IMG/VR virus record: IMGVR_UViG_3300036770_006893
Span: 1-64,000 of that record
DNA length: 64,000 nucleotides
Reading direction: 5' to 3' (one strand)
Shown here: one piece after another, positions 12,972 through 24,514 of the stretch
Layout of the letters: the number at the start of each line of letters is the position of its first letter
Numbering within the stretch: the first letter of the stretch is position 1
The notes under the pieces: model-generated
Told to the model about the DNA's origin: nothing
Database searches by the model: none
Seen by the model: only the letters and a program-made list of their open reading frames with translations
Program-made: the position numbers and the translations under genes

Positions 12972-15900
12972 TATTTTCTCCTACTTTATTAATAAAACCA
13001 GCCAATAACTTTAGATCACTTTCGCTAAAACGTATAGAATAAGGTTCACTATCAAAGGTATAGATTTCAAGTAAAAATGGTTTGTGTTTTAGATTAGGAT
13101 TGTGCTTGATAAGCACCATGCTGTCATCAAGATGAATTTCACTAGTCATTTTGGCTTTTCAATTAATTGAACAACACTTCCATCCTTAAACTTTATCTCT
13201 ATCCACTCTTTCCAGGGAATATTAAAGTCAAAATTAAATACATGATCAATAGATACAATAGGACAAGTTTTTTTGCCTAATCTACCAGTTAGATAACCTA
13301 TTAGTTGATTCATTTTTTCTCGTCCTTATAGAATATCACTACATTACTACCATAGTTTGTAGTTATCATTATCTTTCGCTCGTCGTATTCTAGATCATGC
13401 TTATAACAGAAATCTTCTGCTTCTCGTATAAGATTCTTCAAAGAAAGATCGTGACCGTATAATTCTTGTTGGTTATTCATTGTTCTAAAATCCTGTAAAA
13501 TAAACAATAAATGACACTATCTTATAACTAATAGTAAGTTGATAAAGCCATTCTTCAAATGTATTTATTTTCATAGACTTCTTTTTTTTGTAACATGGCA
13601 GGTGAGGTATCATTACCAATACTCTGAAAATAACACCGATATCTAGGGTCACTGTTCCAGACCACAGGCTTTATTTTCTCATATCAGTCAAATCCCATTC
13701 TCCTTTTCCTTGTCTTACCATGTTTTTTGTATTGAAAATGCCCCAATTATCTGACGTTGAAACCCTAAAATACGGGAAACAGAGGTCAAGGACATTACCT
13801 CCCGGCGATCAACCCGGTGGTGAGTGTTAATTCACTTCTTCTCCAGTATTATACTCAATTACCGGCTTTTTACAAGCCTCTATCATTCTTTCTAGGTTCC
13901 ACTGCAACCCCTCTAAATCATCAGATATTGGATGAGCCAAACTTTCAGAAATATTAACAATGTCTCCGTTGTTATCATAATAAACCTCATGAATACCATA
14001 ACTAATATCGGTATCTCCAAGAGGAATTTTAGTTACTGTTTTTACTACTCTATATGACCAACTCATTTTCTGCTCTCCAATTCAATTATACGCTCATATA
14101 TTTCATGTGTAATAAGTTCAACAAAGATTATCTCGTCTTTAGATAAAACATCATCAAGAAATTGACTAAACTCACGAATATCACCAATATGAGTAGGCGA
14201 ACCTATATCGTTAGTATTCTTCCAGAACTTTAGTTGTTGTTCTAGAAATTCTATAACTTTAAGTTGTTTGGGCGAGGGTTTCATTTTTCTCTTTTAGGCA
14301 ACCTTTTAGGTTCTACTGTAGACTTATTTTGTTCGTTTATTTCTGGAAGTTCCAACTCATCAACCTCTGCTGATCTTATAGCATCTAGCATCTTATTCAG
14401 ATTTTGGAGTCTTTCGACCAACTCTTGTCCCACGTTCATTTGTTGTTTATCGGTACTCATGGTAGTTGTAGTTTAACAGAAGTTTCTGGTTTGTCAACAC
14501 GTAATTGTGACGGTTTTTCTTAAAATGTTATTTGTATATATTTTACTTTCATTTTCCAAAAATTTTATAGCCTCATTTTCACTATCGAATTCAGGGATAT
14601 GTGTAGTCCAACCATAATCAGTATTATACCAACAACGAAACCATCTATTAAATAACCATCCTTGGGTTTGTATCTGATACCAAATTTCTCCAAGACCATT
14701 TTCAAATTTGACTATTTTATATTTGCCTTTTGGTTTGTACTCGGTTATTGTTGATAGTTTTTTTTCGCACATTATTCAAGTCCCATTTCTTGATCTAATT
14801 CGCTTAATTTTTGTAAAGCCGCTAATCTTTGTTTTTGACTCTTGTAAAGATTTACTGATCTATTATGTAATTCTACAACATATTCCGCCGTTTCTTTATC
14901 TATACTACCATCTGGTATAATATAATCAAATTCATCAACTCTTTCAGCATCTCCTACCTTATTTTTATACAGTATCTTTTCTGTGGGAAGTATGAGTCTA
15001 CACCAGCAACTTTCTCCAGTATTACAAGTGTCTAATTTCCAAGGAATAGTTAAACTATACTTGTGGGCTTCGTCGTAATTTTCAAAAATTTGGTTACTCA
15101 TTAGGATACCACAATCTTAACACCATCAAATTCATAACGATCAATACTAATTGAACCAGGAGAATTAGTCCAGTATTGATTATTTCTTATGGGCCTATTT
15201 ATAGCTTTAAATTTAAAAGAGTATTCTCCATCTCCATAGCCTTTACGAAGATGCTCATAAAGAATATTCTTAACATCTTCCTCCGATAAATCAATCTCTA
15301 TTTTGTTTTGTATTTTCATTTTGACTTACCTTCAATCAATTTCATTTAAAGTAACTTTCCGTATATTATTAGGATCAAACCCTACCAACTGATAATAAAA
15401 CTGAAATAGTCTTTCAATCCTCATACTAATATCATATATTGTTCTTACATCTTCTATAGTATGTGGATCTATACTGTCCCTATAATCCTGCACACAACTA
15501 ATAGCATAAGCAATATCTTCCGATAATGGGGTAGGATTCATACATTTCTCTCGACTAATTTTTCAATCCCGCCAGTTGGCCCATTAACTATCTCCATCAT
15601 AATATTATTACATTCTAAAATATCTTCATAAATATCTTGATAATCTTTATCATCTTGAAGATGAACCAGTGGCATGAGTCTTTGGATAAGATCAAACTGG
15701 TCATTTAATACGGTTTTCATATCTTGTATATCTTCGTTAGTCATTTAATTACCAATAGCCTATCTATAAAACTCAAACACTGCATAAATGCAATAAAATA
15801 AAGAACATAATATTCCCAGCGTGGAATAGTTATCATTTCTTAGCCTTTTTCTGAGATAATCTTGTTTCAGGCTTTCTAGACTGGGGGGCTTTAGGAATCT

Positions 15901-17674
15901 TTTTCCACATTTTATCCACAATATTCATTTCTCTAATACGATATGGTCGGCCATCAAAGTCAGCATTTAAGTACCATGACTCTGCAATCTTTCTAGTTTT
16001 ACAAACTATCTCTATGGCCTCATAAATACTTCCAGCACCATATTCACAGACTATAGCATAGACTTTCATTTCTTTTCTCCAATAGTCTTATAAATAAAAT
16101 CGGCTAAACCTTTTAATTCTTCTCTACTACAAGTATATCCCACACAACTATCATTTCGGTCATTATAGATACTAACAAACATATTACTATCACTCCAAAG
16201 ATCCACCCTAATATCAATCATTTTATTCTTGTCAAGATAATATTGAACTGCTTTATCGGTCATTATTTTTCTCCAATAGTTTCCTCTAGCAGACTAATGG
16301 CCGTTTCTAAAAATAAATCACAAGTTGCCCAATTAGCATCCTCAATAGTATTATCCCAACTAATAATAAAGTTACGGATTCTTTCCTTTAGTTCATTAGT
16401 CATTATTTTTCTCCAAAGTATCATTCAGATAATCGACCAAATTTTCCACTTTATCCGTTGTCCAAATATAAGAACAACCATTATTCTCACCATGCTCAAT
16501 ATCCAACTGATAACTTTCCAGAGCATCAAGAATTAGACCAATATCATGCTTATCAAGATTAATGTTCATTTTGTTCTTTCCACTAATTTTTCAATTCCAC
16601 CAACCGGCCCACAAACTATCTCCATCATAACTTTGTTACAACCTTTTATATCATCACAAAGAGACTGAGACAATACACTTTGACAGCCAGATTTTTGTAG
16701 TCTGTCAATGTAATCAAATTGTTCGTTCAGTATGGATTTAATATCGTTAATATCTTCGTTAGTCATTATTTTTCTCCAAGGGTTTCAAGCATAAAATCGA
16801 CCAAATCCATTAGTTCATACTCGTCTGTAAATACAACATGATTCTTTGTTTCATTACTATTAGAAAGAATTAGAGTAGTATCCTACCATTCTTCACAATA
16901 GATAAAATAAAGTGTTGACCGAAATATGATGTTTTAGTTTGCATTTGCGGGTTCCTTGCCCATATTCGTATCCATTCTTTTCATTTCTGTGGGATTAGTG
17001 TTTCATTTACCATAATTAAAGAATTGATTATTCTGAATAAGGGGGCGGATTTCTCTAAGACGGTTATGAATAATGGTCAAATTCTTTGCTTGTGGAGTAA
17101 TCTTTTCGGCTAAAGTTTGACTAATAACGGTTCTAAGAATCGCTATTTCTTTGTCTGTTAGCAACACGTTACGATACATAAACTTTCATTTTCCTCGTTA
17201 AATATTAAGAAAAATACCATTACTACCAGTACCAGTATACCATGAAACGGCAGGATTGTCAATAGGGTATATCGGCCATTTCCTAAAGTGGTCTTTAGCC
17301 CATTTAGAATACGGGCAAATTCAATAAGTAAAAATACGCCACTTTTATTCAGAAGAAGGTCATATTTACTCAATAACCGATGATATAATTGGTTCTGAGG
17401 ATTTTTGAGAGGAATATTCTAGGGTTTTTGCAGGGGGAGATTTAAGTTTTATGTAATAATTTGCTACATATCTTGTGGAAACCATAGCAAAAACTGTGAC
17501 AATAGCAACTAGAATCAAACTTTTTATGAAAGGTTTGTGGAATTCATTATTCATCATCAATTTCTCCATATTCGTTAGTTAAATAAATGTATAGGCCCAT
17601 ATATAAAATTATGCAGGTGAAAATTATCAAATATCCGTGTGATTGAAATAGGCCAAGATTATTCATAGAGTATT

Positions 17675-18055
17675 TTACCTAATGTTATTTAGTTCTCTCT
17701 GTGCTTTGTTGTACCATTGGGGATTTTGGGTTCTTAAATAACTTAGGTACATATTAAAAATTGATTCTGTGACCTCTTTGTATCCGTTGGTGGATTTACA
17801 AACCTTGTCCAAAAAAGAGTTTTTACTATCGGAAACAGAATATTTGGGAAAAGGATCATACAGTAACTTAGGGCCAGAGACTCTAACGAAAAACTTGAAA
17901 AAAGATGGTGTTTTATTTTGTATGTGTTTACTTAGGCCGCTTTTCACAGCTTTGGCAAAAACCTTGTTAGATTCTTTTGATGCTAGAGAATTTTGATTTT
18001 CGTCAGAAAATTCTTCGTGTTGAAAAGTTGTATAGTACTTAGTTTGTTCTTGCAT
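17675..18055 (-). CDS. Hypothetical protein
   Basis: 126-aa ORF with AGGA RBS. Confidence 0.6.
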   Translation of the reverse strand: MQEQTKYYTTFQHEEFSDENQNSLASKESNKVFAKAVKSGLSKHIQNKTPSFFKFFVRVSGPKLLYDPFPKYSVSDSKNSFLDKVCKSTNGYKEVTESIFNMYLSYLRTQNPQWYNKAQRELNNIR

Positions 18056-18401
18056 AAATAGTCCTTCTTAGTATAGTATGTGGTTTATCATAAAATGACA
18101 AGGTGTTAAAAACAGACTGACTGCGACCATCTCGACGATCAGATTATATTAGCTGGGACAATCTAAATTCTTATATTCTAATTTAGGGATATGTGAAACA
18201 TCATCATATGATATTTCTTTTATAGATATTGTTAATATCAATTCTTTATGCTCGTTGCTATGCTTGACTATTTCTCTTTGGATTAAGGAGCATATATAGT
18301 CACAAGTTATGTTTTGGCCGGCTAATTTTATTGCTATCATTTTTTTTTGGTGTATTAGAAATAAGTCTACAAACATCATCCTTTTTACGGAGAACTTAAT
18401 C

Positions 18402-18719
18402 ATGGCCTATACTGTTAATCCAACAGGAGTTTTTGGTACTGGTATCACTGTTAATGGTGCTGGTATTACTATTCCTTATTCGGCTCTAGAAAGTTATTCT
18501 TCTGCGACATCTGGTGACGTAAGAGAACTAGTCTATTCTTTCTTAGAAAAACTTGCCGACGTTGTTGTTAATCTACCAACTACTGGAACTAATGCTCGCT
18601 GGGGCAAAGTTTCTGTGAGTAGAGGCGTAAGCGTTATCAATGATGAAACACTACGCAAAACATATTCTGTCGGTATTGATCTCAATATTCAGTCTCTTGA
18701 TGTTGTAGATGAAGCCTGA
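18402..18719 (+). CDS. Isolated plus-strand gene, possibly late or structural
   Basis: GGAGA RBS before MAYTVNPTG (the track start at 18309 is probably too early); own GGTGTA motif upstream and terminator downstream. Confidence 0.65.
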   Translation: MAYTVNPTGVFGTGITVNGAGITIPYSALESYSSATSGDVRELVYSFLEKLADVVVNLPTTGTNARWGKVSVSRGVSVINDETLRKTYSVGIDLNIQSLDVVDEA

Positions 18720-18747
18720 TTCTTGTTAATAAAATAACAAGCAAATA

Positions 18748-18785
18748 AAGCTAGGGAGCTGTTGAGGCTCCCTGCTTTTTTTTAT
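18748..18785 (+). terminator. Intrinsic terminator
   Basis: GGGAGC-loop-GCTCCC stem followed by a T run. Confidence 0.75.
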
Positions 18786-18910
18786 ACATCCATTAGTTAT
18801 AATAAGCAGATGGCCAGAATTGTAAAGTTGATTATATTTTTTGCGAATATGCGAATATCATACGGTACGAAAAACTGACTGACTACCACCAATTAACCGA
18901 TCCTATTACA

Positions 18911-19468
18911 TTAGGTGAGACTAGCCTCTATATTAGTATCTACTACTACTAGTTTATAGTTATAGTTTAGTAAAATATTTTTAGTTTTTTCAAAATTTGA
19001 ACCAATATTAAATGCTCCATCAGAATGAACAAACTCAAAAAATATATATGGAACCACATGTTTCGTAAAATCAATGGAGCCAACGATAACAGAATCTAAA
19101 CCTTCAGCGTCTATATATAGTCTATCTGGTTTATATTTTGATAATAAATCATTAATATTAATAGCTGGAACTGATATAGTTTCAATATTTTGATGATGAT
19201 GTTTGATTAGATGATCAAATACTAAAGATGAATGAGCATCATAACTTTGATCTTTTGGGGCATATAGGTTGACAAACTTGCTATCGTCCACTACAATCGC
19301 ATTGTGTAAAAAGGTGCAGTTTGGTACGTTAGCGTAGGTTTCTTTGCATTTGTTAAGTGCTCCTATATTAGCATCAATTAAAATAATATTATCAATATTT
19401 GGATTTGATTTTATATAACTAAATACATGATCATTACCGTCATTGCATCCGATTTGTACTATATTCAT
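18911..19468 (-). CDS. FkbM-family SAM-dependent methyltransferase
   Basis: IVQIGCNDG, IDAN, LYIDAEGLD, FFE motifs. Confidence 0.8.
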   Translation of the reverse strand: MNIVQIGCNDGNDHVFSYIKSNPNIDNIILIDANIGALNKCKETYANVPNCTFLHNAIVVDDSKFVNLYAPKDQSYDAHSSLVFDHLIKHHHQNIETISVPAININDLLSKYKPDRLYIDAEGLDSVIVGSIDFTKHVVPYIFFEFVHSDGAFNIGSNFEKTKNILLNYNYKLVVVDTNIEASLT

Positions 19469-19551
19469 AATTTATACTATTTTTGTTTTGCTTTTTAGTA
19501 TTAAAATAGTCGAAGAGCACATGCTCCACCATGCAAAATATTTGGTTGAAA

Positions 19552-19624
19552 AGCAGCAGAAGGGAATCGAACCCTCAACATTCAGGATGGAAACCTGACA
19601 CTCTGCCAATTGAGTTACTGCTGC
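19552..19624 (-). tRNA. tRNA-Gly(TCC)
   Basis: Cloverleaf: GCAGCAG/CTGCTGC acceptor, TCAGG-TT TCC AT-CCTGA, TTCGATT T-loop. Confidence 0.92.
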
Positions 19625-19933
19625 GTTGTTAAGCCTGACTATCAATATTATTGTTTTGGTTATTAGGCTCTTTATGAACCAAAGGAATTATATCTCCATC
19701 ATGAGCACTTTTCCAAGCAAGCATCCTTCTTTCATCATCCACAATAAATCTCAGAGTACCATCCTTGTGATAAAATGCCCACGCTACTGGTTTTTGATCG
19801 TTACTCATTTTATATGTTCCTTAAATTTGACTGACTACCACCAACAAACCGATCCGATAGGATTAGAAGAAACAAACATATCCCCAGGCTTTTGACCTGA
19901 GGAATATTGTTTGTTCATTGTGTAGGAATATTA

Positions 19934-20146
19934 TCAGCGAGCCTGACGAGCAGATCGTCTTGACCTAATATTACTAAAAGTATTTTTTGTTACTCTAACA
20001 GGAACTGACACAATATTCTTGGCAGTATCCACAACGCCTGAAACAGCTTTTCTAACAGGTCGATTACAACTTCCTCTAGAGCAATCTCCAGCAAAAACAG
20101 AAGAACACATTGATAGCACAGCAATAATAATTAGTAAATTTTTCAT
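19934..20146 (-). CDS. Small secreted basic protein
   Basis: Signal peptide ending VFA, then GDCSRGSC and repeated PVR. Confidence 0.6.
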   Translation of the reverse strand: MKNLLIIIAVLSMCSSVFAGDCSRGSCNRPVRKAVSGVVDTAKNIVSVPVRVTKNTFSNIRSRRSARQAR

Positions 20147-21161
20147 AATAAGTCTTTCTATATTTGAGTTTATCTAGTAAAATATTCTTGATACTTCTTA
20201 TTGTTATCTTGAATAAATTTTTCTGTAGTTATGTAATTATAGTCCATTGTATTATCCATGGGTTCGTTTTGCGTTGATGTATACAAAGTACTATAATCCA
20301 TCTTGCCAATAGTTGTTTCTTTACTATAGTCTTCTAGCAATAGTTTTGAAGCTAATAGTAACGATAAGCAGCTTTTAGTTTTTAATACTAACACCTTACA
20401 TCCGTTTCATACCATCGATCACGCCAAGAGCCAAAGCACCACAAAAGCAAATAATAAAAATATGTCACCTCTAGGCTAGAATAGAACACTGAACACACAC
20501 ACCATTGTACCACATCGGGTGGCTTGTCGCAAGTCCTTGAGTATAAACGACTTACAACACATAACGACTTATTGGTTTTTTTATTAGTGGCAACTCCTTT
20601 CTTGACAACTACAGAGAAAATGGTTATATATTATGCAGCGCGGGTGAGAATACTATATAACTATCTACTAGATATACATACCTCTTCGTCTATTTCCACA
20701 TAATCCTCCAAAAGCCACAAGTGGCTATTAACGCAGTTTTCAAAACAAGGAAAAACAGGAGGCTCTTCTTCTGAACAGCAAATAGCTTTGCAAATTACGC
20801 ATCTCCATATCCTAATTGTTTTAATGTCTGCAAAACATGTAGAAATAAGAATCAAAAACAATAATGTTGAATGAATAATAATTTTATTGTGCATTATACT
20901 GTTTTCTATTCGGTGTATTGACAACTTTCTCAAGCATTCTATAATAGATATGAACACAACACACACTAGGTTTTATTTAGCAGAAAAGAAAAGTTTATTA
21001 GGAGCAAAAAAATCCACTAAACAAACTCTTTAACTTCACTAATATTCTCAGGGCCAAAACCACCGAAAAACTCAGGATCATTATACAACTTATCATTTAA
21101 GTATTGGGCGATACTATCATAGTCATTCTCTAGATCGGGATCATCAATACCGAGTTCCATC

Positions 21162-21546
21162 TCAATTTTTACAAGCTTCATTCTTCTGCTCCATAATTAA
21201 TTGATTCATATAGATACTAGCAACATTACTCCACTCTTTGCATTCATCCATATATCTTTTATCTCCGGTATCTGTATACCAATTGAGTTTGTGCTGAGCA
21301 CAGTCTAGAGCATGATTAATTGCGTATACTAGGCTTTCCATCATTATCCTTTCTCAGATTATACATATAAATATTAGCCACATCCAAATAAATCCTACAC
21401 TCTTCCATATACTTATCATCCTTAGTATCAATATACCTTTGAAGACGATCACCGCTTCTACTTAGTACATAATTAAGAGCATTAAGAATCTCATCCATTT
21501 TTAACCTCTCCTTCTGCATCATCAATATACCACTCATATTCACCAT
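21162..21546 (-). CDS. Two tandem paralogous small proteins (21316-21546 and 21162-21344)
   Basis: Shared pattern ..ALN..L....L..Y.DT.D..YM.EC.....VA.IYM. Confidence 0.7.
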
Positions 21547-21971
21547 CTATAGCAAATCCGGTCAAATCTTCACTGAGACTATCAATAGCAAAATCTGCCT
21601 CCTGACTATTAACATCACTAATCTCAGGAAAATCAAAAACTACATAAACTTTCATAAGACCCTCTATTTTCGCTGACTATCAACAAGACCAGCAATCAGG
21701 CAGCATCAGGTGGGACACATAAATGATAATAGAATAATCAAAATATTTTCTACTATCTCTTTCATCTAATCTCATCCTCTAATATTTCTCCTAAACCCTT
21801 GCTGGTAAACGACTTACGACTCCATTGTATCGTCTAGAGGCTGGAGTAGCAAGCAACCTTTTTGAGATTCTTTGACAAAGTTTCGATCCTTGCCATTTTG
21901 ACAGGTGCCGCGTGAGATCTGCCATTTTGGCAGTGGTTGCGCCCTGCCTGCCATTTTGACAGGCGAGGTCA

Positions 21972-22011
21972 GGGCCGCCGTAGGTTATTCCCTCGTTCCC
22001 TACGGCGACCC
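21972..22011 (-). terminator. Long GC hairpin downstream of the DUF932 gene
   Basis: GGGCCGCCGTAGG ... CCTACGGCGACCC stem. Confidence 0.55.
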
Positions 22012-22038
22012 ATCACTCACCACGCCACGAAAGGAAGA

Positions 22039-22983
22039 CTAGATCGCGTTGGCAAACTCTAGGGCAGATTCCAACGCCTTATTATTCTCATTAGCATTCT
22101 GGCCGAACCAGAGGCTATCGAGCCGATTGTCGGTCGTGCGACCCTTACCATAGTTCAGATATTCATTGAACCCGTTATAAGCGGCCCACCAAGTACCGCG
22201 AACATTAGTCGCAGTTTGCTTCGGGCCTTCGATACGAGCAAGAATATCGTCCATAATATTACGGGTACGAGTTTTAATATCTTCGTCAGCACCCTTAATA
22301 TTCAGCACAACCTTAACATACTTCTCAATATCCTTCTGGTTGAAACTCTTACTAGCGAGGAACCGATACTGCTCCGCAGTAGCCTCAAATCCAGCATTAA
22401 TATTGTCCATAATATCACGCACTTGTTCCAGATTCTTCTGGCTGGAGCGAGTGTGACGAATACGGATCAACTTGCTATCATTATGCTTGTGAGCATATGA
22501 GAGAGTATTGACACAAACAACACGAATCGGCGTATAGCCTACGCGAATAGCAGTAGTACCGTCGTGACTATTACTCAGCAGGATAAACTTGCTAACCTCA
22601 TCACCCGGAACAATCTCAGCGTTGTCTCGGTTGAGTTGAGCCAGCACCCAAACCTTCTGACCGCTATGCAGCGATCCGGCAGTATGAATAGCACACTCAT
22701 TAGCATCAAGAAACGGCTGGAACCAATCGAACGCATCACGATTCTGAAGGGGCGTATAGCGAGGCCCGACAACGCCAAGAATGCTACCATCGCTCTTGCG
22801 ATATGTTGCACGATGGTTTACGGGCGTACCATCAACGGTCTGCAAATCCTTCAGACCTACTTCCCAATCCAGACCAGCAGCGACGATAGCATCGTTTACG
22901 TTGATACCCTCGTCAACACTATTGCCAAGGCCATGCCAAGGCGTCTCACCAACAAACATCATCTTTTCAACAGCAGCAGGCAT
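22039..22983 (-). CDS. DUF932 family protein (TIGR03299-like)
   Basis: MPAAVEKMMFVGETPWHGLG...TAGSL..G..VWVLA...LLSNSHDGT...RVVCVNTL; GGAG RBS supports a start at 22983. Confidence 0.88.
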   Translation of the reverse strand: MPAAVEKMMFVGETPWHGLGNSVDEGINVNDAIVAAGLDWEVGLKDLQTVDGTPVNHRATYRKSDGSILGVVGPRYTPLQNRDAFDWFQPFLDANECAIHTAGSLHSGQKVWVLAQLNRDNAEIVPGDEVSKFILLSNSHDGTTAIRVGYTPIRVVCVNTLSYAHKHNDSKLIRIRHTRSSQKNLEQVRDIMDNINAGFEATAEQYRFLASKSFNQKDIEKYVKVVLNIKGADEDIKTRTRNIMDDILARIEGPKQTATNVRGTWWAAYNGFNEYLNYGKGRTTDNRLDSLWFGQNANENNKALESALEFANAI

Positions 22984-23125
22984 CTTAATCTCCTTCGTGT
23001 GGGTTAACTTCTTTCGTTCCGATACGCTGATTCTACAATATGTATTCGGCTTGTCAACCCCAGGAAATGAAGAAAATTTTTCTGCCATTTTGGCAGGCGG
23101 GCCGCGGATGCTGCCATTATGGCAG

Positions 23126-23602
23126 TCATCTAATATTTAGAAGAGGAACCCCAAGATCACGCTTACATAGACGAGAACCATCCTCATTATCTTTATATGC
23201 ACATTCATTAGGCAAGTAGCAATATACGCCCTGGCAAACGCTACGAGCATATTCTTCTTTTATAACCTTTTTAATATGCCTTACGGTTGAACCAGAACAG
23301 ATTAAATCGTCTAATATAATATATCGAAAAGGGGCCACTCCCTCGGTACGAAACTCTGAATAGCATCGTTCCCCCTTTCTTACCACAACAATATTCTTGT
23401 TGAGCAACTCTGCGATTTGTGGAACTACCATCAATCCACTTACACCGCAGCAGGCGATACTATCGAAAGTATTCTCTATTTTCCTAAGATTACAAACAGC
23501 ACTAATAATAATCTTATTTCTAGCCTTATGATTCAAAACGTGACAAGTGTGGCTAGCACCCTGAATATATTTACCTTCGGCTGTTTTTCTAATGTCTTCC
23601 AT
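23126..23602 (-). CDS. Type I phosphoribosyltransferase-like protein
   Basis: PRPP-binding motif IILDDLICSGST; probable start at MEDIRK. Confidence 0.8.
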   Translation of the reverse strand: MEDIRKTAEGKYIQGASHTCHVLNHKARNKIIISAVCNLRKIENTFDSIACCGVSGLMVVPQIAELLNKNIVVVRKGERCYSEFRTEGVAPFRYIILDDLICSGSTVRHIKKVIKEEYARSVCQGVYCYLPNECAYKDNEDGSRLCKRDLGVPLLNIR

Positions 23603-23614
23603 AGGAGAGTCAAA

Positions 23615-23706
23615 GATGGACGGCACGATTCGAACGTACTAAAGAAAGGAAAGATAAAGCGGTATGCTTATTTATAGAATACTTGTCCCACCAAGTTGCG
23701 TCCATC
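23615..23706 (-). ncRNA. tRNA-like element (8-bp acceptor, intact T-arm, no canonical anticodon arm)
   Basis: GATGGACG/CGTCCATC stem; GTACG-TTCGAAT-CGTGC T-arm; ACTTG/CAAGT D-like stem. Confidence 0.5.
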
Positions 23707-23722
23707 AGAGGAGAAAGGCTAT

Positions 23723-23896
23723 TTATTCGTTATCTAGTTCATCAACCACATTATGGTAGTAATGCTCATATTCTCTTTCGTCCTCAAGATTATCATAATC
23801 ATCATAATCTGGTTCGTCAGAGTAGTTAGCATAATCATACAGTTCATCAGCATCTTCAACTACACGATCATAATCAAACTCATATTCATCATACAT
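23723..23896 (-). CDS. 57-aa extremely acidic D/E/Y-rich protein (below the ORF-track cutoff)
   Basis: AGGAG RBS; MYDEYEFDYDRVVEDADELYDYANYSDEPDYDDYDNLEDEREYEHYYHNVVDELDNE; 25 of 57 residues are D/E. Confidence 0.75.
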   Translation of the reverse strand: MYDEYEFDYDRVVEDADELYDYANYSDEPDYDDYDNLEDEREYEHYYHNVVDELDNE

Positions 23897-23948
23897 AGCC
23901 GTTTTCTCCTTTCGATCCTATCTTACACCAAACTAACGAACCGTCAAG

Positions 23949-24020
23949 TAGGCCCGCAGGGACATGCACCCCGTTCCATAGATTAAAAGTCTATTGCATC
24001 ACTACTAATGCTTCGAGCCC
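23949..24020 (-). tRNA. tRNA-Lys(TTT), atypical T-loop
   Basis: ATAGA-CT TTT AA-TCTAT anticodon arm; GGGCTCG/CGGGCCT acceptor; T-loop TGCATGT. Confidence 0.8.
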
Positions 24021-24031
24021 AAATCGGCCAA

Positions 24032-24403
24032 TCACCACCAACTATCGTAATATACTTTGTTGCCGTTGTCAAGAGCGGATCTAGCCTCTTGAATAAACTG
24101 TAAATCTTTTTCTCTATAATAGTCGTCGCTATTATCGCCAAAGAAAAATCCAGCAGTTTGTGGCATACGATTATTTGTGATATCTTTTTCTAGAGATTCT
24201 AAATCCTCATAAGATAGTTCCACAGGAACACAGTTGAAATCGCTAAGTCCCATAGAATCAGGCTCTGCGTTTTCATTCGGACGACCCTTGCTCTCCCACA
24301 GATTCTCCATCCACCCCTGAAGATTAGGGTGCTTTCTCCAATAGGCAATCTCATTCTTATTGCCTTCAGAATCAATACTATAAGCAAACTGATCCAAACC
24401 CAT
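24032..24403 (-). CDS. Conserved hypothetical phage protein
   Basis: MGLDQFAY...WRKHPNLQGWME...Y.SWW pattern; own promoter at 24423-24450. Confidence 0.7.
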   Translation of the reverse strand: MGLDQFAYSIDSEGNKNEIAYWRKHPNLQGWMENLWESKGRPNENAEPDSMGLSDFNCVPVELSYEDLESLEKDITNNRMPQTAGFFFGDNSDDYYREKDLQFIQEARSALDNGNKVYYDSWW

Positions 24404-24514
24404 CTCTTTCTCCTTTAGTAGGAGTATACCGTTTGTTATCGACTTGTCAAGAGTAAAAACTTTAACTTTTCGCTGACTATCGCCAAGACCGCAAATCCGT
24501 AGGATTAGGTAGTA

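Larger units (their letters stand above)
130..18055 (-). other. Dense array of small hypothetical phage ORFs (mostly 60-160 aa), many with overlapping stop/start codons
   Basis: Contiguous minus-strand ORFs in the track (e.g. 130-453, 437-658, 651-995, 992-1195) with ATGA-type overlaps and AGGAG/GGAG RBSs; typical accessory region of a large phage. Confidence 0.85.

Noticed and set aside
23615-23706. tRNA-Sec (8-bp acceptor)
   Set aside because: No TCA anticodon, no paired anticodon stem and no long variable arm
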